Assembly (NCBI GenBank): GCA_007376145.1
Contig: VMFP01000001.1
Span: 122,835 to 186,834, forward strand
Source: Parcubacteria group bacterium Gr01-1014_38
Lineage (GTDB): Bacteria; Patescibacteriota; Andersenbacteria; UBA10190; CAIZMI01
Reading direction: 5' to 3'
Length of the DNA: 64,000 bases
In this document: positions 19,621 through 28,545 of the stretch, in pieces
How the letters are laid out: every line of letters starts with the position of its first letter
Position numbering within the stretch: position 1 is the stretch's first letter
Notes under the pieces: model-generated
Database searches by the model: none
The model's input: only the letters and a program-made list of their open reading frames with translations
Told to the model about the DNA's origin: nothing
Made by a program: the position numbers and the translations under genes

Positions 19621-19646
19621 CCGCCTAACGCGAGCGCGCTAGGCGG
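19621..19646 (-). terminator. rho-independent terminator of pgeF (hairpin CCGCCTA..TAGGCGG followed by T5 on minus strand)
   Basis: ccgcctaacgcgagcgcgctaggcgg followed on the minus strand by TTTTT (plus aaaaa at 19616-19620), directly between pgeF stop and the IS right end. Confidence 0.5.
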
Positions 19647-19668
19647 TGCTTTGGAGAACGAGGAGCGG

Positions 19669-20466
19669 TTACTGCTGTTCCAACCACGCGATGCTGAAGT
19701 TGCGTCCGTCTACGTCTTGCTTTCCAGATTTGAAACGCGTGTACGACCAGTACGGCGGCTCTCCATTCTCCATCGCGCAGCAGGTGCACGTCGTGTCCCA
19801 GCTGATATTCTCTTCCGGGACGCCGACCTGCAGGAGGAGTCCACGCGCCAACGCGTAGAGGTCCACGGAGACGTGACCAGGCCCTGCGGGACTTTGCGTC
19901 GTTCTCCCGAGACACTGGGCAAGAAGTTCGGGACGGCGACTGCGTTTCGGCTCCAGAATCTCTGGCTTGTCGTCGTACTCTGGCAGCCAACAGCACGGAC
20001 CGACGCCGCCCTGAATCCACGCGTGCGTCTGTTTTGGATCGAAATACTCGATCGCCGACTCGATGACGTTCTTTCCATCTTGGTCAGCGCGAATCAGACA
20101 GCGATACCCGGCGTGGAGCACGGCCAATTGATCATTCTGCTGCAGGAAGACGAGCGGGCAGTCGCCGTTGAAAATGGCGATACCCGTGAGTGGGCCGGTC
20201 ACGATGCCGCCGTCCGCCGGGCTGCGCGTGCGGACAAACCCCGTCGGCCACGAGTCTCCTGTGGTCCAACTATCGTCGTCTTCGTGGAGGTGGGCAACGC
20301 GGTTGCTGAATTGCACCCATGGTCCAAAGATCCATGGCATGTGCGGAGGGAGATGCTTCTCCTTTGCCCGCATCAGCGTCTTGAGGAATTCTTCCCGGGG
20401 CTGGCTTGTCGGATGAAAGTTTCCGTCTTTGACACCAATCATTATTCGTCGCATGATCAGCGCCAT
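19669..20466 (-). CDS. pgeF: peptidoglycan editing factor PgeF / YfiH-family (DUF152, LACC1-like)
   Basis: DCPLVFL, LHAGYRCL and GPCCW...CC motifs match the YfiH/PgeF family Zn-binding signature; 265 aa. Confidence 0.8.
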   Translation of the reverse strand: MALIMRRIMIGVKDGNFHPTSQPREEFLKTLMRAKEKHLPPHMPWIFGPWVQFSNRVAHLHEDDDSWTTGDSWPTGFVRTRSPADGGIVTGPLTGIAIFNGDCPLVFLQQNDQLAVLHAGYRCLIRADQDGKNVIESAIEYFDPKQTHAWIQGGVGPCCWLPEYDDKPEILEPKRSRRPELLAQCLGRTTQSPAGPGHVSVDLYALARGLLLQVGVPEENISWDTTCTCCAMENGEPPYWSYTRFKSGKQDVDGRNFSIAWLEQQ

Positions 20467-20540
20467 CAGTTGTTCTCCTTTCGTTTGAAAAGAACCGGGC
20501 GATGCATGCCAAAGGCGAGTCTATACGATCCCCGGCGCTT

Positions 20541-20580
20541 TGTCCAGAATCTGTATTGTGCCACCACATTTGGGACTCCG
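20541..20580. repeat. orphan copy of the IS481 left-terminal repeat (same orientation as IRL)
   Basis: tgtccagaatcTGTATTGTGCCACCACATTTgggactccg vs IS left end tgtcaaggaaaTGTATTGTGCCACCACATTTtgcactgctccg: 20/20 core identity plus flanking similarity; lies in the pgeF-cysS divergent intergenic region. Confidence 0.55.
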
Positions 20581-20648
20581 CGCGGGAGTGCTCCACATCA
20601 CGCGCTTCTTCACGCAGTGGTGAGTGCAGGGTAGGCTGAAGAAAGTCC

Positions 20649-22157
20649 ATGGTCTTGCACCTCTCGAATACGTTGACGAAAACGAAAGCAGAGATCACGC
20701 CAAGCAATCCCGACGGGATTCTGCGTCTGTACCACTGCGGGCCGACGGTGTACGGCACGCCGCACTTGGGAAACATCCGGCGATTCTTGGTCGCGGATCT
20801 CCTCGTACGGACCGCGCGGTTTCTCGGATACCGCGTGCGGAGCGTGATGAACATTACGGATGTCGGGCATCTCTTGGACGCTGACCACAATGCTGCGGGC
20901 ACTGACCGCATGCTCGTTGCCGCCCAGCGAGAGGGGAAAACGCCGCAGCAGATTGCGGCAAAGTACACAGCGGAGTTTTTCGAAGCACTCGCCGCAATAC
21001 GCGCGGAACCCGCGGACTACTACCCCCGCGCAACGATGCACATTCCGCAGATGCAGGCGATCATCCAACGCTTGATCGAGAAAGGATTGGCGTATGAGAC
21101 AAGCTCTGGCGTGTACTTCGATGTCACGAAGTGGCCGAGCTACGGGAAGCTCTCCGGGAATACGCTCGACGCTATCCGTGCCGGTGCGCGGGTGGATGTC
21201 CGCGAGGAGAAACATCATCCCGCGGACTTCGCACTCTGGGTCAAAGCGCCCAAAGAGCATCTCATGCAGTGGGACTCTCCGTGGGGCCGTGGCTATCCCG
21301 GTTGGCACATTGAATGTTCTGCGATGAGCATGCAGCTCCTCGGAGAGACCATTGATGTGCACACCGGCGGTAAAGACAATGTCTTTCCGCACCACGAGAA
21401 TGAAATCGCCCAAAGCGAAGGAGCGACGGGAATCCCCTTCGTCCACACCTGGCTCCATAACGAATTCCTCGAGCTGCAGGACCCTTCGACGGGCTCTGGG
21501 CAAGAGGAGAAGATGTCTAAGAGTGAGGGAGACATTCTGACCATCAACGATGTAAAAGCTCGCGGCTATGATCCGCTCGCTTTTCGGCTGCTCTGTCTCC
21601 AAACGCATTACCGCTCGAAACTCCACTTCTCGTGGGAGAGCATGGATGCGGCGGCATCTGCGCTGAAGAGTCTCCGTGATTTTGTCCGGAGGCTGGGAGA
21701 AGTGCGGGATGCGGCAACGGACAACAGGCAGCCGGTAGCAGGGAACGGACTTGCGGCGTTGGAGCAGCGATTTACCGACGCGCTGGCTGACGATCTGGGC
21801 TCCCCGCAAGCACTTGCGGCGGTGTTTGACTTTCTTCGTGAAGTGAATCCAAAACTCCAGTCAGGCGAGTTGGGCGCGGATGACGCAGAGGCGATTCGCG
21901 TGACGTTCCGGAAGCTCGATACCGTGCTCGCGCTCCTGGATGTGGACGTGCCACTTCCCTCCCCCGACGTTCCCGCCGAGGTTCAAAAACTTGTGGCCGA
22001 TCGCGAAGACGCCCGCCGCCGCCGGGATTTCGCTGCCGCCGATCGTCTCCGGAGCGACATCCGCGCTCATGGCTATACTGTCGATGACACGCCTCAAGGT
22101 CCGCGCGTTACGCAAAGTTCTACTGCTGGCGGAAATCGTACAGCGCGGACTTCTTGA
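20649..22157 (+). CDS. cysS: cysteine--tRNA ligase
   Basis: HIGH motif CGPTVYGTPHLGN, Zn-binding HIECS, KMSKS motif KMSKSEGD; 502 aa. Confidence 0.9.
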   Translation: MVLHLSNTLTKTKAEITPSNPDGILRLYHCGPTVYGTPHLGNIRRFLVADLLVRTARFLGYRVRSVMNITDVGHLLDADHNAAGTDRMLVAAQREGKTPQQIAAKYTAEFFEALAAIRAEPADYYPRATMHIPQMQAIIQRLIEKGLAYETSSGVYFDVTKWPSYGKLSGNTLDAIRAGARVDVREEKHHPADFALWVKAPKEHLMQWDSPWGRGYPGWHIECSAMSMQLLGETIDVHTGGKDNVFPHHENEIAQSEGATGIPFVHTWLHNEFLELQDPSTGSGQEEKMSKSEGDILTINDVKARGYDPLAFRLLCLQTHYRSKLHFSWESMDAAASALKSLRDFVRRLGEVRDAATDNRQPVAGNGLAALEQRFTDALADDLGSPQALAAVFDFLREVNPKLQSGELGADDAEAIRVTFRKLDTVLALLDVDVPLPSPDVPAEVQKLVADREDARRRRDFAAADRLRSDIRAHGYTVDDTPQGPRVTQSSTAGGNRTARTS

Positions 22158-22188
22158 CACGTGCCCGGCGCCCATGATAATTTCGTTT
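22154..22188 (+). promoter_or_regulatory. near-consensus sigma70 promoter (TTGACA-N17-TGATAAT) upstream of the low-GC island
   Basis: ttgacacgtgcccggcgcccatgataat: -35 TTGACA, 17-nt spacer, extended -10 TGaTAAT; ~70 nt upstream of the FGE-like gene, which has a GGAGGA RBS. Confidence 0.45.
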
Positions 22189-22258
22189 GCTGCTTCGTGT
22201 TGCTACTTCAGGGAAGTAGCGGGTGTCCTTTCACAATCTGAATCTGGAGGAACAAGCG

Positions 22259-23173
22259 ATGAGAAGATCCTTTCTAGAAAAGCTTGCTCGGTATTCCGAC
22301 GATTACTCTGCGGAGTGCCTCGTTCCCACCGGCAGCTTTTCGCAAGGCTGCTCAGTGGCCGATCACCGAAAAATGTGTGAGGAGTTTGATTACCACGTGT
22401 ATCCTCTTTCTTGGTTTGATGATGAGACTCCACAGCGACGGGTGTTCCTCTCCGCCTACTACATTGATCGCTACCCCATTACTAACGCGCAGTTTGCCCT
22501 TTTCGTTCTTGAGACTGGTTACGAGACAGTGGCTGAACAGTCGGAAGGTGGACTGGTGTTCACTCGGCGCGGGTGGGAGTGGGTAAGAGGTGCGTGCTGG
22601 TACAGACCGACGGGTCCGCGAAGTTCCGTCGGCAGGCGTCAGTATCACCCCGTTTGTCAGATTTCTTGGCGTGACGCTCATTCCTACGCCGCTTGGAGAA
22701 GTAAAAGGCTTCCAACGGAGTCTGAATGGGAAAAGGCCTGCCGAGGCACTGATGGAAGAAGATGGCCGTGGTCTAATGAGTGGAAACCAGGTGTTTGTGG
22801 CTCAGTAGAATATCACGCAAAAGCCAACTTTAACACTCGAGAGGAGTGGCGCAACTGGTGGGAATCAGTCTATCGGCCCCACCTTACTTTCACCAAGCCG
22901 GTTGGATCTTACCCTAGGTCAGTGTCTGTGTATGGCATCCACGACATGGTGGGCTGTTTGTACCAATGGGTAGAAGACTGGTATGGCCCCTACAGCAGGA
23001 AAGCTACGTATAGAGGAGAATACGGTTACTTTCTAGGAAGAAACACGCTGAAGGTTGTGCGTGGCGGATGCTGGATGAATTTTAAGTTCCAAGTCAGAAC
23101 GTGTGAACGCATGGCGTCAGCCCCGCTTGTCTCTACATTCGTGCACGGTTTCCGATGCGCTCGCACCGCGTAG
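22259..23173 (+). CDS. formylglycine-generating-enzyme (FGE/SUMF1/EgtB-C)-family protein
   Basis: YYIDRYPITNAQFALFV, GWEW, RGGCWMN and FRCA motifs of the FGE-sulfatase fold; start set to ATG 22259 preceded by GGAGGA (ORF-track start 22223 is a GTG). Local GC ~48%. Confidence 0.75.
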   Translation: MRRSFLEKLARYSDDYSAECLVPTGSFSQGCSVADHRKMCEEFDYHVYPLSWFDDETPQRRVFLSAYYIDRYPITNAQFALFVLETGYETVAEQSEGGLVFTRRGWEWVRGACWYRPTGPRSSVGRRQYHPVCQISWRDAHSYAAWRSKRLPTESEWEKACRGTDGRRWPWSNEWKPGVCGSVEYHAKANFNTREEWRNWWESVYRPHLTFTKPVGSYPRSVSVYGIHDMVGCLYQWVEDWYGPYSRKATYRGEYGYFLGRNTLKVVRGGCWMNFKFQVRTCERMASAPLVSTFVHGFRCARTA

Positions 23174-23257
23174 GACGGTTTGTGTTCGGTTTTACCGAGT
23201 CTCAGATTTATACACAATCGAGTCAGAAATCAGGCTGAGTCTTGGTGGCTCGGCGTA

Positions 23258-24034
23258 ATGACAAAGAAAGAGAGGCATCCTATGGACAGACCTAATGTAG
23301 GACTCGTTGTTACAGGTGGAAGTACCGGTATCGGTCGCAGCATTGCTCTCGAATATGCTGCAGCCTATCCAAAGTCGAGCGTTGTCCTTGTTGCACGGGA
23401 GAAAGGTAGGCTCACAAAGGTTAAAGGAGAGATTGAGAGGCGCGGATCAAGGTGTATTGTATATGCAGGCGACCTGCGTGACCCAGCATTCATTCAGGGT
23501 TTCATTAGGGACATAAGGCTTCGAGGTCTCTCGATAACCCATCTGGTGAATAATGTGGGGTCGTCGCGCGAAGGCTCAGGAATTCTGAGCGTCACCGGGG
23601 AGGAGTGGTACGCTTCACTTCAGCTGAACCTAAACGCCGCATTTTTCTGCGCTAAAGGCGTGGTCGAACTGATGCTAAGCAAGGGTTGGGAGGGGGCGAT
23701 TGTGAATGTAAGCGCAATTGCTGCCCGTATCGGAATGCCTAAAGTTGCATTCACAACAGCGAAAGCTGGGCTGATTGGAATGACACGGTCACTCGCTCGT
23801 GTATTAGCCGCTCATGGAATTCGAGTGAACGCAGTTCTCCCTGGAGCTATCGATACTCCCGCAACTCGACATTGGACAGAAAGACAACGCAAGGACATCT
23901 GCCGGAAGATTCCTCTCGCCCGCATCGGCAAGCCCGAGGAAGTGGCTTCGGTCGTGGTATTCCTGCTTTCAGAGAAAGCCTCGTACGTTACCGGCCAGAC
24001 CATTGACGTTAATGGTGGCTGGCACATGAAATGA
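23258..24034 (+). CDS. short-chain dehydrogenase/reductase (SDR) family protein; catalytic Tyr position occupied by Phe
   Basis: TGGSTGIGRSIA Rossmann motif, NNVG, and AFTTAKAGLIG where canonical SDRs have YxxxK (e.g. NYAAAKAG). Alternative start at 23282 (MDRPNVGLVVTGG). Confidence 0.75.
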   Translation: MTKKERHPMDRPNVGLVVTGGSTGIGRSIALEYAAAYPKSSVVLVAREKGRLTKVKGEIERRGSRCIVYAGDLRDPAFIQGFIRDIRLRGLSITHLVNNVGSSREGSGILSVTGEEWYASLQLNLNAAFFCAKGVVELMLSKGWEGAIVNVSAIAARIGMPKVAFTTAKAGLIGMTRSLARVLAAHGIRVNAVLPGAIDTPATRHWTERQRKDICRKIPLARIGKPEEVASVVVFLLSEKASYVTGQTIDVNGGWHMK

Positions 24035-24267
24035 GGTTACTGATTATTCCGAGCGTATTCACGCGGTGGGTACGCTCTTTTCTGTGTCTGTACAAAGATG
24101 GATGATGTGGAATATGCTTTCGTGGCTTCGAAGAGATTCTGAGGCAACGGACCTAGTACCGCTTTCGTATCAGTAGTGCAAAAAAGTGCTTGAAAGACAG
24201 ATTCGTGACCTTTCACTGAAGCTTATGATTCAATGCCAACCACGAGATTCAAAAAGTCAACCAAGTA

Positions 24268-24765
24268 ATGTTTATCGTCTCTATGGGGAATAACGCGTTG
24301 GTAGAGTGTACAACTCTCTACGGGGATCGGAAGTTAGTGAAAGCAAGTGCACTGACGTTCCGCCCAGCGGCTTACGCACTTGTTTTGCGTGAAGGCAAGT
24401 TGTTGCTCGTAAATACGCGGAGTACAGGAAAGTGGTTCTTCCCGGGCGGCGCAATCGAGCGGGGGGAGACGATGAGAGATGGTATCCTGCGAGAGGTCCG
24501 GGAGGAAACCGGAGTCGAAATTGAAGTCAGGGAATTGTTTCAGTGTAAAGAGAGCTTTTTTTACTATGATCCTTGGGACGCCGCATACCATAGTTTCTCC
24601 TTCTTCTACACCGCCGTTCCAAAGACCTTTGAATTGACGGAAGCGTATAACGCAGAGGATAAGGAGGCGAAAAGTCCCGCGTGGGTAGACGTGAAACAAC
24701 TTAAAGCAAGCGATTTCCAGTTACTCGCGGGAGAAATATTTGAGGCATTCATTCGCACAACATAA
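24268..24765 (+). CDS. NUDIX hydrolase
   Basis: Nudix box GGAIERGETMRDGILREVREETGV (GX5EX7REUXEEXGU); 165 aa; AT-rich upstream intergenic region. Confidence 0.75.
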   Translation: MFIVSMGNNALVECTTLYGDRKLVKASALTFRPAAYALVLREGKLLLVNTRSTGKWFFPGGAIERGETMRDGILREVREETGVEIEVRELFQCKESFFYYDPWDAAYHSFSFFYTAVPKTFELTEAYNAEDKEAKSPAWVDVKQLKASDFQLLAGEIFEAFIRTT

Positions 24766-24826
24766 AATCTGTGGGGGTATGTCTCGGAAGTGGACGCACG
24801 TTTTACCGTCGCGTTTCGTTTTTCAC

Positions 24827-25546
24827 TCAATCGGTGGGCGTCACGTGACTTTCCGGCGGATACTTTTGCGCCCACAGTTGAAGCCAGGTGGCTTGTCTCG
24901 CGTTTACCCCGCCGCGGAACGCGCGGGATTCCTGAATGGCAAGGTCCATCGGCCATCCTTGTACGGCGTACCGGTAGAGCGCGGTCATGGTCCCCGTGCG
25001 GCCGATGCCGCCACGGCAGTGGATGTGGACCGGCTGGTTCTCCGGATTCGTGACAAACCACAGGAACTGCTCGGCTTGATCTTCGGTCGGCGGCTGTCCG
25101 TCTGTGAGCGGGATGTGGAGATACGTCAGCCCGAGATTGGTAAAGCCTTGGAGTTTCGCATCGTCGCCAATTTCTCCGCGTTCCCCATCCGTTCGGAGAT
25201 TGACGACCGATTTCCACCCACGCTCTTTCAGCCAGGTAAACTCTGAAACGAGAGGCTGGCCGGAGCGCGAGAATACCCCCGACACCGGTATAGCAAAGGA
25301 CCAGAATCCGTAGGCCGACGGCGCATCGTCCGGAATCTGTTCACGCGGTCCGACGAAGGAGACTCGCTCGGCGACTGGCGCCGCCGAAGATCCGGGGCTG
25401 ACCAACGATGCGGCTGGCGTGGATAACGCCTCTGGCGCGTTTCCCCCGGTGCGCATCCGCCATCCGGGGAGGCGCACCAGGGCAACGACACCCGTGACGA
25501 ACGCGAGGAGGGTGACCACCGCGATGCTCAAGCGCAGCGGCCTCAT
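24827..25546 (-). CDS. secreted/membrane-anchored dual-specificity (tyrosine) protein phosphatase
   Basis: N-terminal TM/signal, then VHIHCRGGIGRTGT = HCxxGxxRT(G) PTP/DUSP active-site loop. Confidence 0.7.
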   Translation of the reverse strand: MRPLRLSIAVVTLLAFVTGVVALVRLPGWRMRTGGNAPEALSTPAASLVSPGSSAAPVAERVSFVGPREQIPDDAPSAYGFWSFAIPVSGVFSRSGQPLVSEFTWLKERGWKSVVNLRTDGERGEIGDDAKLQGFTNLGLTYLHIPLTDGQPPTEDQAEQFLWFVTNPENQPVHIHCRGGIGRTGTMTALYRYAVQGWPMDLAIQESRAFRGGVNARQATWLQLWAQKYPPESHVTPTD

Positions 25547-26637
25547 GACTCACGGTGATCAAGAGCAAGTGAGGACGGAAATCCGGCCGACGCACCTTGT
25601 CTCGGCGTTCCTGCTCCATACTGCCAGACGATCTCGCGGGTGCGGGGGTTCACTTCAATGATACGGTTGCGGCCCGCCTCGGCAATGAGGACATTCCCGT
25701 TTCCCAGCTTCGCGGCATCTGCCGGGTACTGAAGGCGCGATCCATCCGCGAGCTCGTGGAGCGTCCAAAGAATCTCTCCGCGGTGATTGATTTCAAAGAC
25801 CTCGTTCTTCTGACGGTCCTCGAGCACAAACGTGCTTTCCACGGTCGGGAATACGTGCTGGAGCCATTTCGCGTCCGGTTTCGTCCACTCCCAGAGGATC
25901 TCCTGCGTGGCGCGGTCAACGAGAATCAGTTTCTTTTCCAGGGTGTCAGTGATGAGAATCTGCTGCCCGTTCTCGAGAGGGATTGCGTGGGTATTGCCAC
26001 GGAGGAGACCGGGGCCTGTTCCCATGGTCAGCGTTTTTCCATACTGCCAGACGACGTCATTCGTCCTCTGGTCCACAACAATCACTCGTCGGTTGTTTCC
26101 GTCGTTGATGAGCACTTCATGGTCGTTGAGCTTGAAGGCTTTGTCTGGCTGGTGGAGGTAGCCCTTCCCATGTCCCTGGACGCCGCGGACGCCGTACTGC
26201 CAGACCAGCGCGTGGGTCTTCCGATCAAGTTCTTGCACCATCATGCCTTCCCCATCCGCGATGATGAGATTCCCGTTCGGCGCAGCGGTGACGTACTCGA
26301 TGTGGACACTGTAACTCCGCAGGGGGATCGGCGGGCTCGCCATGTGCTACTCCCAGACGCGTTCTCCCGCGCGGTTCACCGCGTATACGGTGTTGCCGGT
26401 AAAGTTCGAGATCCAGAGGGTGGTGAACCCTGCTTGGGGAAAGAACGGAGGTTGGCGGGTTGCGAGCGGAAGAGCGATGCGGTCGCGCGCGATCCAGAAC
26501 CCGATGCCCAGCGCGGCAATCGCCAGCACGACGAGGAGAAGACGGGGCACCCACGGCATGAGTATTGCTGTGCTGTTCTTAAGCATAGCGGACGTTGCGC
26601 AGCAGCACATTTCGCGAATGAAAAGAACCCGCGGCAA
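25543..26637 (-). pseudogene. membrane-anchored PQQ-like beta-propeller protein interrupted by a single in-frame TAG (26347-26349)
   Basis: ORFs 26347..26637 and 25543..26343 are in the same frame separated by TAG-CAC-ATG. Repeated blade motif (IIEVNPRTREIVWQYG, VIVVDQRTNDVVWQYG, LILVDRATQEILWEWT) continues across the stop: ...VYAVNRAGERVWE*HMA, where the TAG sits where blades have Y/W. Confidence 0.6.
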
Positions 26638-26664
26638 CCAGTGGCTGTCGCGGGAGTGTTGGAA

Positions 26665-26997
26665 CTACCCTGCGGGGGAGACGACGCTCTGCCTCAGGAC
26701 ACGGGACACAAACCCTGCGAGATCCTCGACCGTTACCAGTGAGGGGATCGTCGCGATGATGTTCGCCAGGCACTGTCTCCGTTTCTCGAGCGAAGGGCCA
26801 GGGAGACCTCGGATGGTGGCGATCAGGTCCTCGGCAGTGTGCACCTTTTGCTTTCCGAGCTCTCCTGCAGCCTGGGCGAGTGCAGCGGTACCCCTCGGGA
26901 CAATTTCCGTCAGCTGCGTACAGAACCCGGTGATGTGCGATTCTTCCCACCCACGGATGTCTTCCGGTGTCGGCCACGCGCTTGGGGACTCTTCCAC
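26665..26997 (-). CDS. hypothetical protein (110 aa)
   Basis: Protein-like composition; no family recognised; possibly co-transcribed with the propeller/phosphatase genes. Confidence 0.35.
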   Translation of the reverse strand: MEESPSAWPTPEDIRGWEESHITGFCTQLTEIVPRGTAALAQAAGELGKQKVHTAEDLIATIRGLPGPSLEKRRQCLANIIATIPSLVTVEDLAGFVSRVLRQSVVSPAG

Positions 26998-27105
26998 GGC
27001 GCACTCCTTTCTCTCCGGTGCCGTGTGAACGAACGTTCTTGAAGGAGAGGGTCGAGAAACCGCTTCTCGGTCTCCTCAAGAGAGGCATGATATACTCGTT
27101 CTGCC

Positions 27106-28509
27106 ATGCCTGTAAAGTCTGGAGTCTCCGGCGACCATCTCCCCCCGCATAACCTCGAAGCGGAGGCATCCGTGCTCGGAGCGCTTCTCCTCGACCACGA
27201 AGCGGTCGTGAAAATCGCCGATTTTCTCCGGCCACAGGACTTTTACTCCCCAAGCCACGCGACGATCTACGCCGCGATGGTTGAACTCTTCGAGCGCCGG
27301 GATCCGATCGATGTCCTCTCCGTCACGAACCGCTTGGCGGAAAAGAAAGAGTTGGAGATCGTCGGTGGCGAAGCCGCTCTCGCTTCTCTCGCCGCGTCTG
27401 TTCCAACGGCAGGTCACGTTGTCCACTACGCGCGGATCGTCCAGAAGAAAGCCACGCTCCGCCGCCTCATCAGCGCCGCGGCAGACATCCACGATCTCGG
27501 GTTCACCGAGGAAGAGGAAGTGGATCGCGTGCTCGACGACGCCGAGCAGAAGCTCTTTGCCGTGTCCCAGCAGCACCTGCGCCAGACCTTTGTGCCGGTC
27601 CGTGAGGTGCTCGCCGACGCGTTCCAGCGCATTGATGCGCTCCACAAGGGCGGCGCGGCCTACCGAGGCATTCCGTCTGGATTGAAACCGCTCGACGATA
27701 TTCTCTCCGGACTCCAGAAGTCCGATCTCGTGATTCTCGCGGCGCGCCCAAGTGTCGGGAAAACGTCCCTCGCCCTGGACATTGGCCGGCATATCGCCGT
27801 TCGGGAGAAGGTTCCCGTGGGGATCTTCTCTCTCGAGATGAGCAAGGAGCAGCTCGCCGACCGTTTGATCTGCGCGGAAGCCGCCGTGGACTTATGGAAA
27901 ATGCGCACCGGGCGTCTCTCCAGCGAGGGGTTCCCCCACGACGATTTCTCGAAGATCAACCATGCGATGGCGATCCTTGCGGAAGCGCCGATCTACATTG
28001 ACGATTCCGCCACGAGCAACGTCTTGGAAATTCGCACGCTCGCGCGCCGTCTTCAGGCGGAGCACGGCATCGGGTTTCTCGTGCTCGACTACTTGCAGCT
28101 CATGGAGGGCCCGCGGGCCCGCGAAGGTCGCGTGCAGGAAGTGAGCGAGATTTCGCGCGCGCTCAAAGGACTCGCGCGAGAGCTGAATATCCCCGTGCTT
28201 GCCGTTTCCCAACTGTCGCGGGCGGTAGAAGGACGGAGTCCTCCCGTGCCGAAGCTCTCTGACCTCCGTGAGTCTGGCTCCATCGAGCAAGATGCGGACG
28301 TCGTCCTCTTCCTCTACCCGAGCGGCCGACACGAAAAGACCGTGGAGCACCCGAACATCGTCGACGTCATCATCGCCAAGCACCGGAATGGTCCCATCGG
28401 AACGGTGTCGCTCTTCTTCCGTTCCGAGAGTGCGTCCTTCTCGGTGCTGGATGTTCGACACGCGGAGACTCCCGCGACCGCTCCGGCGGCTGCGGTGGTG
28501 AGCCGCTGA
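27106..28509 (+). CDS. dnaB: replicative DNA helicase DnaB
   Basis: N-terminal PPHNLEAEASVLGALLLD, Walker A ILAARPSVGKTSLAL, Walker B FLVLDYLQLM, H4 motif RNGPIG; 467 aa. Confidence 0.9.
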   Translation: MPVKSGVSGDHLPPHNLEAEASVLGALLLDHEAVVKIADFLRPQDFYSPSHATIYAAMVELFERRDPIDVLSVTNRLAEKKELEIVGGEAALASLAASVPTAGHVVHYARIVQKKATLRRLISAAADIHDLGFTEEEEVDRVLDDAEQKLFAVSQQHLRQTFVPVREVLADAFQRIDALHKGGAAYRGIPSGLKPLDDILSGLQKSDLVILAARPSVGKTSLALDIGRHIAVREKVPVGIFSLEMSKEQLADRLICAEAAVDLWKMRTGRLSSEGFPHDDFSKINHAMAILAEAPIYIDDSATSNVLEIRTLARRLQAEHGIGFLVLDYLQLMEGPRAREGRVQEVSEISRALKGLARELNIPVLAVSQLSRAVEGRSPPVPKLSDLRESGSIEQDADVVLFLYPSGRHEKTVEHPNIVDVIIAKHRNGPIGTVSLFFRSESASFSVLDVRHAETPATAPAAAVVSR

Positions 28510-28545
28510 CGCTTTTGAGCGGGTTGACGCCGTCAGTCGCGCGGT

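Noticed and set aside
20610-21809. 399-aa minus-strand ORF
   Set aside because: Antisense to cysS, which has HIGH and KMSKS motifs; Arg-rich, no motifs.
25597-26742. 381-aa plus-strand ORF
   Set aside because: Antisense to the beta-propeller gene with clear repeated blade motifs.
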